A stretch of 64,000 nt of DNA from Candidatus Lloydbacteria bacterium RIFCSPHIGHO2_02_FULL_50_18 (GCA_001821395.1 MHLM01000015.1:2293-66292), one strand, 5' to 3'. Shown: positions 51,101 through 61,120, numbered from the stretch's first letter. A program made the numbers and translations. The notes: a model not told the origin generated them from the letters alone.

Positions 51101-51272
51101 CAGCGAGTCCTGGACTCTCTGCAAACACGGTAACAGTCGGCTTGTTAATGTCAGGAAGGATATCCACCTTCATTGTCGACAAGCTCCAAAGACCGAGGAC
51201 CGAGACGGCTCCGGCTAGGATAAGCACGAGGTATTTATTTTTGAGCGACCAAGAAATGATTTTATTTAACAT
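48162..51272 (-). CDS. HME-RND heavy-metal efflux pump (CzcA/CusA family)
   Basis: 1036 aa, 12-TM RND architecture. The N-terminus MLNKIISWSLKNKYLVLILAGAVSVLG matches the CusA/CzcA consensus. Confidence 0.85.
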   Translation of the reverse strand: MLNKIISWSLKNKYLVLILAGAVSVLGLWSLSTMKVDILPDINKPTVTVFAESPGLAAEEVELLVLNPLEATMLGAPGVDRIRSNASFAQATLNIEFAWGSDSLRNRQIVQERLSQAVLPRGVKPILGPSTSLLGEIMWVGITAKDPSITPMQLRTLADWTIRPAILKTPGVANVLVMGGDVREWRIDLNAERMRRYGFMIEDVRTKVEGAITNKSGNILVEGGKEYPIRILVAPTEVKTLGELAIGRTSGGSVVRLADIATVLETPSPIRGSSAIDGDQGVILRVIRQPDAQTLAVTDAIDGTFRSLAASLPPGVEIHPDLFRQENFIRAGLGNVTGALRDGTILVIIVLIIFLMNVRTTMITLTAIPLSILVTVIVFKQFGLSVNVMTLGGIAVAVGELVDDAIVDVENIFRRLRIWKQTGKKEYREEVVQSASSEVRNSIVYATLLVTVVFLPIFFMPDIEGRLLASLGAAYLVSLVASMAVSLTVTPVLSALLLSDKSLEGHEKETRVVIAIKERITPWISWCITNVKFLSGGVVIALVLATGFYSFAGKEGIPPFNEGSAVIMLFLPPGTALSATNAYVTKLETALLQIPGIRQVSNIAGRAPADPHGGSANASEIQIVFKPGYFESERPRLFSDIQKTLDRFGGADYSLGQPITHRVEMLLSGVRAPIVVKVFGDTSESMDQAAKQVLAEMKKQKGITNPRIQQNTVVPEFRVYVDHNRIAEYGLSAGGVASDLEMGLMGDTLGQVRLGAASVNVVARYDAESKGAMASLRDIALPFMEAASLGSVADVRIEGGRNSVDHENGKRVLAVTANYQGSDLVGEVEAVKFALESGELPVGVTLSFEGNYQSQKESTRRLAFVFLAGFVMIVAVLYRAFHSTAIVLLVLANIPTVMIGGMLGIWFTGGTINLAHLVGFISLAGIVSRNGIMLIGRTLSLVRNEGEPFTPATIIRATLDRVTPVLMTSLVTSLALVPLLLYGDEPGKEMLHPLAVVVFGGLLSSTVISLFLTPALLYRFGKKAVLQIDHESSSGF

Positions 51273-51370
51273 ATTATTTTGTTATTCATTACTACTCCTA
51301 GCGAAGAACGTATAGAAAATTCTGATTTTATACAACGTCCGAGCGACGGAGTGGATAGGAATTCTTATTC

Positions 51371-53140
51371 CTACATTCCCATAGCCCGCATCGCCGCATC
51401 ATACGATGACTCACCCTTTTGTCCGCTATCAGGTGCTTTGATATCATCGAGTAGCATGTCTTCGGCAATCCCCGGGACAGACTTTACGATATATTGTTCG
51501 CCACGTGAGAGTCCGCCATAGACCTCAATCTTGTCACCGAGCGTACGTCCGAGAGAAACTTTCTTCGCATAGAGACGTCCCCCTAAAGAGACCGCCCAGA
51601 CATTCGGGCTAGCGCCTGCATCCCACCAAATCGACGAAAGAGGGATCTCAAGTGTTTCAGTATCAACTCCAGTGACGACGCGAAGCGATACTCCGATAGG
51701 CCAATCGACAGGTTCGAGCAGGAGCGCATCGGCCATGATAGAGCCAGTATCATCGAGAGAATTCCCGACACCGATCAATTTTGCGCGTGGCATCATCTGC
51801 GGAAAACCGGAACGTGTGACATAAAACTCTTGTCCGATTTCCGGCTTACGTATATTGCTGGGGATGCGGAAGCGAACAATGTAGTCACTACTCTGCCCCC
51901 CCGTTACCACGGCGACAGGCATGCCGGGCCCGACAAATTCTCCTACCTTTCTCATAATCGACGAGACGGTACCGCCCTTTGGTGCGACGATCGCAGCATT
52001 ACCGAGCACGCCATTCTTTACCGTCTGATACGCGGCCTCTTTCGCGGCGAGATCGCCTTCAGCCATTGCGAGATCTTGTCGAAGCATTGCGATATCATTA
52101 TCGTTCATACGCACTTGCTCAAATGATGTTTTTTCAGTATCGACCGCCATTAACTCAGTCTCACGAAGCTTATCAGCCGCCATGATGAACGACTCCTGAT
52201 CTCTATGGAGCATCGCCTTCAGGTTCATAAGCTCAAGATCCGTGAGCATGCTGCCATCAGGTATTGATGCATCGGCGAGCTTGATCGTGAGTTCAAAATA
52301 CGCGAGCCCTGATACAAGCGGGAGTTTATCCGGTGTATCAATGTCGGACAGCGTGGCAAACAAGACTGATGGGAAAGCGTCACGCAAGCGGACGTTTTGC
52401 GCACCTATCGCGTCCTTGAGCGCGACAGCAGTCCATCGTGCGGGAAGCGTTCCGTTACCGGAGAGCATCGGATAAGTCGTAGCGAGCGTCCCACGCAACA
52501 TTGCGCGAAGCGTCTGTTTTTTTGCCTCGATCATCGAAAAATTCGACCCTCCCGACACTTGCAGCATCGACATGCTTCCACCAAGTAGTGCCCGTGAAGC
52601 ATCGAGCGAACGCAAGGTGTTCTCACGAAGTTCATCAATTTGCGCAATACGCACCTTTGCATAGACGCGCTTTGCGTCAACGCTGGCTCGCGCCATCGAA
52701 ACCATTTTTTGTTCATCCGCGAGCATCGCAATGGTATCAGGCATTGCGGGCGGGACAGAAAGCATGCCAAGCACCTCACCGGCAGCAACTCGCTGACCGA
52801 CGTGCACATTCCAAGAAGAGATCGTCCCTTCTCGTGCGGGCTGAATGGGTATACTTCCCAGCGAGATAAGCTCACCCGGCCATGAATTTTCAACTCCTGA
52901 TATGTCTGCGGAACTTGTTGCTCCGGCTACAGCAATTTCGATATCAGAGATCGGACTATTTCCGACTTCTTCGGTGGCAGGATCCGATGAGTTTTTGACG
53001 GATGCGCTGACCACAGCAAATCCGATCACCATAACGATAACTCCGAAGAGTATACCAAACAATATTTTTTTATCCGCAGTCACCCACTTTATAGATCGTT
53101 GTATGTTCTCTTGCATAAAGGATAGTAAATTGATTAACAA
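51371..53140 (-). CDS. RND efflux periplasmic adaptor (membrane fusion protein, CzcB/CusB-like)
   Basis: N-terminal TM anchor, long coiled-coil/lipoyl/beta-barrel layout. Directly upstream of the HME-RND pump. Confidence 0.7.
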   Translation of the reverse strand: MLINLLSFMQENIQRSIKWVTADKKILFGILFGVIVMVIGFAVVSASVKNSSDPATEEVGNSPISDIEIAVAGATSSADISGVENSWPGELISLGSIPIQPAREGTISSWNVHVGQRVAAGEVLGMLSVPPAMPDTIAMLADEQKMVSMARASVDAKRVYAKVRIAQIDELRENTLRSLDASRALLGGSMSMLQVSGGSNFSMIEAKKQTLRAMLRGTLATTYPMLSGNGTLPARWTAVALKDAIGAQNVRLRDAFPSVLFATLSDIDTPDKLPLVSGLAYFELTIKLADASIPDGSMLTDLELMNLKAMLHRDQESFIMAADKLRETELMAVDTEKTSFEQVRMNDNDIAMLRQDLAMAEGDLAAKEAAYQTVKNGVLGNAAIVAPKGGTVSSIMRKVGEFVGPGMPVAVVTGGQSSDYIVRFRIPSNIRKPEIGQEFYVTRSGFPQMMPRAKLIGVGNSLDDTGSIMADALLLEPVDWPIGVSLRVVTGVDTETLEIPLSSIWWDAGASPNVWAVSLGGRLYAKKVSLGRTLGDKIEVYGGLSRGEQYIVKSVPGIAEDMLLDDIKAPDSGQKGESSYDAAMRAMGM

Positions 53141-53210
53141 AAAAGACCCTTATTGAGGATCTTTCTGCGACGCAAGAAACACTTTTGACAAGCGTTAATA
53201 GTGCGTCGCT

Positions 53211-53693
53211 TTAAGCGAAATTTGGGCTGGTTTCAAAAAGTGAAAGCCAGTTAAGAATACTTTGTCTTATTCTGTTTCGCGGTTCGTCCGCTCTTCGCGC
53301 ACGAAGATGCACAAAAACACGAGCAAGAAACGCGCGCAAATAAGCATCGATCAAACCGGTGGCGACAAGGAGGAATAATGCAATAATGACCGTCATCAAT
53401 GACAGCGTCAGAAGTGGAGTTTGGGACAGGGAAAGATACATTCCGACATGATTCATCATTGATCCAATTGCTCCCGTATCCATTGATTGTACGCATCCCG
53501 AGATCGACATACCACAATCCGAAACCTGATGCACTGGGCCGACGTCCATATCCATTTCCATCGTACTCACTTGCGCAGAAAGCATGCCGCCAAAAAAACA
53601 GAACGGCACCAATGTGACGTACCCGAGCAAGATCGTTATCGCGACAATGCGTTTCATTGATAGCAACATACCATAAAGATCGTCCGATAGCAA
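53211..53693 (-). CDS. Met-rich hypothetical membrane protein
   Basis: Two TM segments flanking a Met/His-rich loop (STMEMDMDVGPVHQVSDCGMSISGCVQSMDTGAIGSMMNHVGMY), in the metal-efflux neighbourhood. Confidence 0.4.
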   Translation of the reverse strand: MLSDDLYGMLLSMKRIVAITILLGYVTLVPFCFFGGMLSAQVSTMEMDMDVGPVHQVSDCGMSISGCVQSMDTGAIGSMMNHVGMYLSLSQTPLLTLSLMTVIIALFLLVATGLIDAYLRAFLARVFVHLRARRADEPRNRIRQSILNWLSLFETSPNFA

Positions 53694-53792
53694 TGCTCCA
53701 TGAAACAGAATATTTCAGAAAATCGGCATAAAAAACAGCAAGAAGATCTTGCTGTTTAAACTGGGACGACGATAGGTACTTCTCGCCGAGTG

Positions 53793-54518
53793 TCATGCCG
53801 CATTTGCGGCACTTTGTGCAAGAGATATTCCCTGATTGAAATATTGCTCCAGGCGGCGATTGAGCCCAGCGGGGCCGCCTTCGAGCGAAACGTGGTCGAC
53901 GCGCTGAAAGGTCACTGTTATGGGAAGCCGCTTCCACAATGAAGGCGGCCGTTGTTTCGACCTCCCGAACCGTGAGCGCTCTAGCCCGCGAATGGTGACG
54001 AGGACCACGGGCTTTGCGGGCTGCGCCAATATAAGATCATGCAGACCAGAGAAATGCGGAGTGATCTTCACTCCTGCTCCATCACCGATCCCGCCTTCCG
54101 GACTTATCGCAACATGCGCTCCTCCAGCGAGAACGTCAACCAGAAGATGCAGTGCTTTTTCCTTGCGTTCCATCCGCTTCTCCTTCGACAGATGCTTCGG
54201 GCTGCCGACGGAGATCGCGTCAAAAAGCTTGAAGAACGGGTACTGCAGCGGATGCGCATATTCTTCATACCACACAGCACCGCACACCTGAATGGGCCAC
54301 ACGGCACTCACGAGGAGCGGCGCGTCCATCAACGAGACGTGATTGATAACAACGATGGCCGAGTCGACACTCCCAAGCGTCTCCGAGAGCCCGCAAATCG
54401 TCAGTCGATAGTTGCAAAGGATGAACGGATGGACGAGGAAATTGCGAAGAAATGCCTTGATCAATTTTTTCACAACGAACCTCCTGTTTAGTAAAAGATC
54501 CCTGCCCCCATTATGCAT
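53793..54518 (-). CDS. Lysophospholipid acyltransferase (PlsC family)
   Basis: HX4D motif NHVSLMDAPLL and the ISPEGG motif. Confidence 0.75.
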   Translation of the reverse strand: MHNGGRDLLLNRRFVVKKLIKAFLRNFLVHPFILCNYRLTICGLSETLGSVDSAIVVINHVSLMDAPLLVSAVWPIQVCGAVWYEEYAHPLQYPFFKLFDAISVGSPKHLSKEKRMERKEKALHLLVDVLAGGAHVAISPEGGIGDGAGVKITPHFSGLHDLILAQPAKPVVLVTIRGLERSRFGRSKQRPPSLWKRLPITVTFQRVDHVSLEGGPAGLNRRLEQYFNQGISLAQSAANAA

Positions 54519-54572
54519 GTGGTCAGTGAAGAATCAAGATGCAAAAACGGTGACGAGCACCGTTTTCATTTT

Positions 54573-54881
54573 CTAAAAAGGTATATCGGCAGGATTGATG
54601 TCTTCGTCCGTCGGATACTCCACCACGGGCTGTGAGGTCGAAGCGCGCGCCGTTGCTTCAGGTTTCGCGGCGTTCTGATCGGGCTTCCATGTATCGATCT
54701 GCACGGTGTGCGTCTTGCCATACTGATCGGGCTGCCGCATCTGCGACATAATCAGTTTCACGTATCGCTTTCCGTTATATTCGAATGCGTGAGGCTGAAG
54801 TGCATCGAGCTCCACACTGAACGAGATGTTTCCATACTGACCGACCACCTTCCCTTTTCCGACATAGATCTTTTCATTCAT
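54573..54881 (-). CDS. Short SSB-like protein with C-terminal acidic DIPF tip
   Basis: ~100 aa; N-terminal ~70 aa could be a beta-rich OB-like domain; Pro/Ala-rich linker; C-terminus ...TDEDINPADIPF matches the SSB C-terminal DDDIPF consensus. Start at MNEKIYV. Confidence 0.5.
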   Translation of the reverse strand: MNEKIYVGKGKVVGQYGNISFSVELDALQPHAFEYNGKRYVKLIMSQMRQPDQYGKTHTVQIDTWKPDQNAAKPEATARASTSQPVVEYPTDEDINPADIPF

Positions 54882-55020
54882 AGAACGATTATACAATGTT
54901 ATCTCCGACTAAATTTTTGCTACTGATATTCCCACCGATCGCGAGCGGGACATGCGCGCGAACCTATGATGCGAATCGTAGGGGTAGTGTATTTTACATC
55001 ACGCACATGGTCAACCGATG

Positions 55021-58000
55021 CTACGTAATGGCGTTTTCGTTACTTTTGTCATCTATGCCAAACCGATAGTAAAGGATCGGGAAAATGACCAACGTGAGGA
55101 CTGTCGAAAGCGAGAGTCCAAAAATGATCGCCCATGCGAGACCGCTCCATACGGGGTCGGTCACTATGACCACAGAACTCAGGATGGCCGTTATCGACGT
55201 CAACATGATCGGGCGAAGACGAGTCTTGCACGCTTCAACGATGGCATGCTTTGGACCCATACCGCGCGTGCGCAACTGCTCGATGAAGTCAAGCAAGAGT
55301 ATCGCGTTACCCACGACGATCCCACCCAGTGCAATAACGCCAATCATTGAGGTTGCGGAGAAATATGTTCCCGAAAGCGCGTCAAGGATCGCGAAGCCGG
55401 GCATGACTCCCGCAAAGCCGAGAATGATCGTGGTCATGATAAGTGCCGAAGAACGAAAACTGCGAAACTGTGCCACGAGAATGACATAGATCAGAAAATA
55501 CGATATCAGCATCGCCGTTCCAAGATCTCTAAAATTATCGAGGGTCATTTCGAACTCTCCGCCCCATTCGATCTTGTATATCTCATGAGTGATCTCGTCT
55601 TCAAAAGTGAGACCATAGAGGCTCCAACTCGTAAGGTGTCCGTGACCGCCAGGCAAGCGATAAGACCGAAGCGATGTGATCAGGTCTTTGACGACATAGA
55701 CCACGGACCTCCCTTCCACCTCACCAGTCACGAGGTCCATTTGTTCCTGCGCATCGTGCAAGATCGGGGTCGGACTGACGCCTACCCTTGTTTTCATGAC
55801 ACTCGAAAGCGGAACCATGACTCCGACATTGTTTTTCATTTCGATACGTGAAAGATCGGAAAGCTTTTCACGCGCGGACTTCTCGAACTGCACAACGATA
55901 GTTGTGTCTTCACGACTTTCGAGATGAGCGATCGCAATCGGACTACCAGTCGTCATGACCCGCAGCGTATTCACGACATCGGCAACAGAAAGACCCGATC
56001 GTGATAATTTTTCATGGTCGATATCCAATAATTCGCTGCTGCCTCCGGACGCTAGCGAGGAATTGATGTCGACAACGCCACGCGTCCCACGGAACAATGA
56101 CTGCATGTCACGGATGATCGCCCCGCGAACTTCCGGGTCTGCACCTTTCACTCGCGCAACCAGCGTTGAGAGCACTGGGGGGCCCGGTGGATCTTCAACG
56201 AGCTGCAAGCGTATTCCGGGTGTATCGGTGAATGCTGAAGTAAGCTTTACCCGCAATGACGTAACGATCTCTTCACTCATCATTGTGCGCGAAGTAACAG
56301 GAGTCAGATCGATCTTCATTGTCGCCTGAAACGGAAAGCTGCGCGCATCTGAACCGCGAAATAAACCGTTGAAATCGATGATGGGAGCGGCGCCCACAAA
56401 TGATTCAACTGAAACAACGTTCGGGTCTGTGAGCATGATCTGCGAGACTCGAGACGCGGCCGCATCAGTCGCGCCAAATGCCGTATTCTCCGGCATATCG
56501 AGGTACACATAAAATTGTTCCTTGTCCGCTTTTGGCAACATACGAAAATGCACGAATTGAAAGACGGGGAAGCTGAACGCGATGACTACCACAAGCGTTA
56601 CGCCGATCAATATCCGATCTTGAATCTTTTTGCTGTCCAAAATATGATGGATCAACGTCTTGTACCACAGCTCAAATTTGGAGTGTTTTTCCTCGTGCGC
56701 CCCTCGCTCGATACCGTCTCCTTCCACGTGCTCTTTAAGGAAAATAGATGCAATGAACGGAGAAAGCGTATATGCGACGATAAGCGACGCCAAGCGTGCA
56801 ACAGGTGCAAAAAATGCGATCGGCCCCATGTATGCACCCATCATCCCCGTCACCATGCCCATCGGAACAAAGACGACAACCGCAGTTATCGTAGAAAGGA
56901 ACACTCCCATACCCACCTCACCGGTCGCATGAGCAATGGCGTCGGTCCGGAGTTCTGTCTTCAATGAAAAATGACGGTGAATATTTTCGATAACCACGAT
57001 CGCATCATCGACAAGCAAACCCAAAGAAAATATGAGCGCAAAAAGGGTGATGCGGTTGATCGTCTCACCGGAAAAATATCCGGCAATGAACACCAGTGCG
57101 AGTGTCAGCGGGATCGCGGTTGCTACTACAAGTGCGGGACGCCATCCGAGAAAGAACACGAGTGTCAGCGTCACAATAAGTATCGCAAGCAAGAGATGTT
57201 CCGTGAGTTTCATGATCTCCTCTCCCGCGATCGCCCCTTCGTCGCAAGAGACGCGCACGTCGATGTTGTCGGGAATGAAATGCTGTTTCATTTCATCGAG
57301 ACGAGACCTTACGAGCGTGGCCACGTTGGTGATATTCGTCCCCTGTGCTTTTGCGAACGACAGATACACGACGTTGACGTCATTACTGATCGCATCAGGC
57401 GATTGTTTTTCAATAAGACTGATGTGATGGTCGATCACGTCATACCCGTCAATGATCGTTGCAACGTCTTCGAGATAGATCGGTGAGATGCTTCCCCCGC
57501 CGATCACGAGCTTCGAGAGCGTAGATCCGTCGATGATATTTCCGTCGATCTCGATGGGGATATTGAGTGCTGCTCCTTCGAGCGCTCCTACGTTTACGCG
57601 AAGATCATTCATCGAAATAGCTTGCGTTATGTCGCCAACGCTCATATGACGCGCCGCAAGACGGTCAGGGTTGAGCAAGACGGTCAGTTGACGCGAGTGT
57701 CCGCCGTTGATCTCGATATTCGTGATCCCCGATACCGTCTTTAATTGATCTTTGAGTTCGTATGCAAACTGACGTAGACCGTCAGGGCTGACCTCCGTGC
57801 TGGTGATCGCGAGCGTCATAATGGGAACATTCTCCGGATCGATCTGCTCGATCAGCGGCACACCGACTCCGATCTGTCCGGGGTCGATCGCGGACTGCAT
57901 CTTTTGGACGATCTCCGTCTTGCTCGTCTCAAGTTTTGTCCCGATCTTAAAGACTACCGTAACTACACTTTTTCCTCCTGAGAACGACTGCGAACTCAGC

Positions 58001-58260
58001 GTATCAACGCCAGGGATAGCGGCAATGCTATTCTCTATCTCGTTTGTAACAAGTCTTTCCACTTCACCTGAGGTGGCACCGGGATACATGGTCACGACAC
58101 GAAATGCCGGAAGCGTGATCTCGGGATTATATTGCTTTGGAGTAGCGATAAATGCGAACAGACCAAAAGCGAAGGTTGCTAATATGAGGATCAGCGACAA
58201 ATGGCGATTCATCACGAAAAAGCGCGAAATGTGCGAATAGATATTCTCTTTAGTTTTCAT
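55021..58260 (-). CDS. RND efflux transporter permease (AcrB-like)
   Basis: 1079 aa, 12-TM with two large periplasmic loops. Confidence 0.85.
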   Translation of the reverse strand: MKTKENIYSHISRFFVMNRHLSLILILATFAFGLFAFIATPKQYNPEITLPAFRVVTMYPGATSGEVERLVTNEIENSIAAIPGVDTLSSQSFSGGKSVVTVVFKIGTKLETSKTEIVQKMQSAIDPGQIGVGVPLIEQIDPENVPIMTLAITSTEVSPDGLRQFAYELKDQLKTVSGITNIEINGGHSRQLTVLLNPDRLAARHMSVGDITQAISMNDLRVNVGALEGAALNIPIEIDGNIIDGSTLSKLVIGGGSISPIYLEDVATIIDGYDVIDHHISLIEKQSPDAISNDVNVVYLSFAKAQGTNITNVATLVRSRLDEMKQHFIPDNIDVRVSCDEGAIAGEEIMKLTEHLLLAILIVTLTLVFFLGWRPALVVATAIPLTLALVFIAGYFSGETINRITLFALIFSLGLLVDDAIVVIENIHRHFSLKTELRTDAIAHATGEVGMGVFLSTITAVVVFVPMGMVTGMMGAYMGPIAFFAPVARLASLIVAYTLSPFIASIFLKEHVEGDGIERGAHEEKHSKFELWYKTLIHHILDSKKIQDRILIGVTLVVVIAFSFPVFQFVHFRMLPKADKEQFYVYLDMPENTAFGATDAAASRVSQIMLTDPNVVSVESFVGAAPIIDFNGLFRGSDARSFPFQATMKIDLTPVTSRTMMSEEIVTSLRVKLTSAFTDTPGIRLQLVEDPPGPPVLSTLVARVKGADPEVRGAIIRDMQSLFRGTRGVVDINSSLASGGSSELLDIDHEKLSRSGLSVADVVNTLRVMTTGSPIAIAHLESREDTTIVVQFEKSAREKLSDLSRIEMKNNVGVMVPLSSVMKTRVGVSPTPILHDAQEQMDLVTGEVEGRSVVYVVKDLITSLRSYRLPGGHGHLTSWSLYGLTFEDEITHEIYKIEWGGEFEMTLDNFRDLGTAMLISYFLIYVILVAQFRSFRSSALIMTTIILGFAGVMPGFAILDALSGTYFSATSMIGVIALGGIVVGNAILLLDFIEQLRTRGMGPKHAIVEACKTRLRPIMLTSITAILSSVVIVTDPVWSGLAWAIIFGLSLSTVLTLVIFPILYYRFGIDDKSNENAIT

Positions 58261-59860
58261 AGACAGTATTGCCGGAAATTGTGGTCACCACATCATCATC
58301 ACGTAAATAGCGATGCCCTGCCGTGGCAACGATGTCGCCGGATGTCAGTCCGCTTATGATCTCGATGAGCTCAGTCGACTCTGCGCCGACGGTGACCATA
58401 CGACGATGTACAACCTTACCGTCAAAGACAAATACATATACGGAACCGTACTCCAACAGAAGCGCACTGCGCGGAATCGCGACGGAGGCGCTGTGTGCTT
58501 TTTCAAATGCCACATGTGCATACGATCCGACCTTCAATGCGTGATCGCCATTTGCGATCGATAATTCCATCGTTACTTTTTTGCTCACGGGGTCAGCGCT
58601 AGGATCGATCCTGGTGATCACTGCGACAAATGTTCGCTCGGAAAGAAGATCGCTCACGATCGTTGCCGTATCTCCGACATGATAAAGCGACACACGGTCA
58701 TCCGGCACACCGATCGAGAGCTTAAGGACTGAGTCGTCGACGAGATGAAAAAGTGGCGTTCCGGGAGCAATGACCGCACCTTGTTCGACATACTTTTTTG
58801 TGATGAGTCCCCCAAATGATGCATGAATGACGCCATCCGCAAGAATGGTATCGGTCACATCCGTTTGCCCCTTTAATGCGACGATCTGCGACTGTGCTTC
58901 TGCGAGTTTTGTGTCGCGTATCCTTTCGAGCAGTATGACACTCGTCGATACATCATGGATGTTCTGCAACAGTGACTGCACTTGCCCACCGAGCATCGTG
59001 ACGTTTGTTTTGTATGAGCTGATCTCAGCACCGCTTGCGCTTGAGGCCGCGACACTTCCCGATAATACGGCGTAAGCTTGGCTCAGAACAACTTTTGAAT
59101 TCGTGAGCACCGCCACTGCTTCCGTAAGCCCCAAATCGACGGCCGACTGACTCGGATCTTTGTTCAGAATGGATCCGTGAAAATAATTTTGAAATTTATC
59201 ATTTGCAAGTTGGTATGCCATGAGTGTTTCGCGCGCAGTCATTTTTGCCGCTGTATTTCTCACACCAAGCTCATTATCAAATGTTATTTCGATACTGCTG
59301 TCTTTTCCGTTCTGCACAGAGAGAAGAGTACCGAGAATGTCACTCACCTGATCAGAAAGTATCGCGGCGTTCGTAAGCGCTGCAACGCTAGCAGTCTGCG
59401 ACGACCCCGTATCAGTTGCGCTCGGGATCGGACCACCCGACGTTTGCTCTGTACGGATCTGCTCTTTGTAATAGCGATCGATCGCAGAGACACCCTTTTC
59501 GGCGACGGCGATGCTATTGTTCAGGCCATCTCTTGTTGCCCGAGCCGTTGTTCCGTCGAGTTCAGCAAGTGTTTGAGCGGAAAAAACACGCGCTCCAACA
59601 TCAGCATATAACGCAACGATGCTACCGCCCGTCTTTGCCGCCAGATCTACCTCACGCTCCGGCTGCAGTATTCCGGTAAAACGCTCCGCATCCGAAACAT
59701 CCGCATTTACCGCGGCGGCGGTAGTGATGACCGGAATCTGCTGCACAGGAAGAACCTGCGCATTGATACGCATTATAACGAGCACAACAAATAGGAGTAG
59801 CGCCGTAATACTCACTACAGTAAAACTATGGGGGCGAATTTTTTGTATGATGGATCGCAT
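58250..59860 (-). CDS. RND efflux periplasmic adaptor (HlyD-like)
   Basis: N-terminal TM anchor, long alpha-hairpin region, C-terminal beta-barrel. Overlaps the pump start by 11 nt. Confidence 0.65.
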   Translation of the reverse strand: MRSIIQKIRPHSFTVVSITALLLFVVLVIMRINAQVLPVQQIPVITTAAAVNADVSDAERFTGILQPEREVDLAAKTGGSIVALYADVGARVFSAQTLAELDGTTARATRDGLNNSIAVAEKGVSAIDRYYKEQIRTEQTSGGPIPSATDTGSSQTASVAALTNAAILSDQVSDILGTLLSVQNGKDSSIEITFDNELGVRNTAAKMTARETLMAYQLANDKFQNYFHGSILNKDPSQSAVDLGLTEAVAVLTNSKVVLSQAYAVLSGSVAASSASGAEISSYKTNVTMLGGQVQSLLQNIHDVSTSVILLERIRDTKLAEAQSQIVALKGQTDVTDTILADGVIHASFGGLITKKYVEQGAVIAPGTPLFHLVDDSVLKLSIGVPDDRVSLYHVGDTATIVSDLLSERTFVAVITRIDPSADPVSKKVTMELSIANGDHALKVGSYAHVAFEKAHSASVAIPRSALLLEYGSVYVFVFDGKVVHRRMVTVGAESTELIEIISGLTSGDIVATAGHRYLRDDDVVTTISGNTVYEN

Positions 59861-59866
59861 AGCTTT

Positions 59867-60091
59867 TTATTTTGTGGGAACTCCAAGCTTTTGAAGCAAT
59901 ATCGCCGACGGACAGTATCCGGTCATTGCAAAAATGATCTGCATGCATCCGATAAGTGCAGTAACGGCGAGCCACCAAAGTTCCCGGAAATATACCGCGA
60001 GGCCGACCGAAACAAGCACGAATAATCCGGCAAGAAGATAAACAACGCGGGTGACATACCAATGTGATGTCTCAAGACGAAATATATTCAT
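59867..60091 (-). CDS. DUF2892 (YgaP-like) small inner-membrane protein
   Basis: 74 aa, two TM helices with TGYCPSAILLQKLGV, which is DUF2892-like. Confidence 0.55.
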   Translation of the reverse strand: MNIFRLETSHWYVTRVVYLLAGLFVLVSVGLAVYFRELWWLAVTALIGCMQIIFAMTGYCPSAILLQKLGVPTK

Positions 60092-60190
60092 AGAGATAAT
60101 ATAAATTTTTTAACAATAACTAAATGCGTTGCAGTACGAGTTCTTTCGTGCGGCGTCAGAGAAATACGTTTATTTCGCGAGCGACTCCAC

Positions 60191-61093
60191 TTAGCCCCTC
60201 TTGAGATACACCTTTACAAAACTGCTTTTCATTTCTGCCGCTTTTGCTGAAAGAGCTTCTGTGTCATTTGTTTTGGAGAGATCTAAGAGCTGCTCTAAAT
60301 TTTGTCGAATTGTTTGGATCTCGGTATCATTTGCAACCTCTTCTACAGCCTTGAGCCTGTCGCTTACAAGAGGATATGTCGCGATGACAAGTTCCGGATC
60401 TTTTGCATCTGCTGCTGCAATGATCGTCTCCATCGCATCATGAAAATCAACAAGGGATACCGCAAGCATCGAGAAGGCATTGCGCTTCAATATGTTCTGA
60501 AATACCGGACGGACCTGTTCAAGGTCAAGGTGTGCTGATTTAAGATCACCAGATAATATCTTATCCCTGGGCATGGCGATCATCGTGGCGATCCGATCAA
60601 GGTCTTCGTTGAATTGTGCATCATGCGAAACAACATAGGGATGATAACCTTGATACTTGGAACGAAAGTCCGCATATGCCGATTGTAGCTCAGTATAGTT
60701 TTTTACTGATTGTTCTCGATCTATCTGCCCGGTGTAAAACAATGCTTGTTTATAGGATTGATTCATTGCAGTGTAATCATCGAGGAAGATCTTCTTTGTA
60801 AAAAAGTTGCTCGCATAGCCACCTCCGATCACGATAAGCAACGACACAAAAAATAGAATACCAATTCCTGTTTTTGATAAAAGTTTTTCATGCGACGAAC
60901 AGGTGCTGATCCCAAATATTTTATACAATCCGCAATATCCGACGATCGCCGTCACCAGCATAATCAAACCAATAAGATAAAATGCGATCTGTAAAATACC
61001 TCCAAGCCAAAAAAAGCCAAGCAAAAATAATATCTCGGACAATATTAGCCGTGTCCCTCTATCCGCTATCCCTTCATTTTTTACAATATTCAT
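60191..61093 (-). CDS. Membrane protein with a DUF2892-like N-terminus and a ~200 aa soluble domain
   Basis: N-terminal two-TM module with GYCGLYKIFGISTC, then a helical soluble domain. Directly downstream of the first CsoR/CstR gene. Confidence 0.5.
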   Translation of the reverse strand: MNIVKNEGIADRGTRLILSEILFLLGFFWLGGILQIAFYLIGLIMLVTAIVGYCGLYKIFGISTCSSHEKLLSKTGIGILFFVSLLIVIGGGYASNFFTKKIFLDDYTAMNQSYKQALFYTGQIDREQSVKNYTELQSAYADFRSKYQGYHPYVVSHDAQFNEDLDRIATMIAMPRDKILSGDLKSAHLDLEQVRPVFQNILKRNAFSMLAVSLVDFHDAMETIIAAADAKDPELVIATYPLVSDRLKAVEEVANDTEIQTIRQNLEQLLDLSKTNDTEALSAKAAEMKSSFVKVYLKRG

Positions 61094-61120
61094 ATGTGAA
61101 CGGTGATTTAATAAATAATG

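Noticed and set aside
53251-53937. 228-aa minus-strand ORF spanning two neighbouring genes
   Set aside because: It overlaps both the Met-rich membrane protein and the PlsC acyltransferase in another frame, with Arg/Cys-rich low-complexity translation. It is spurious.
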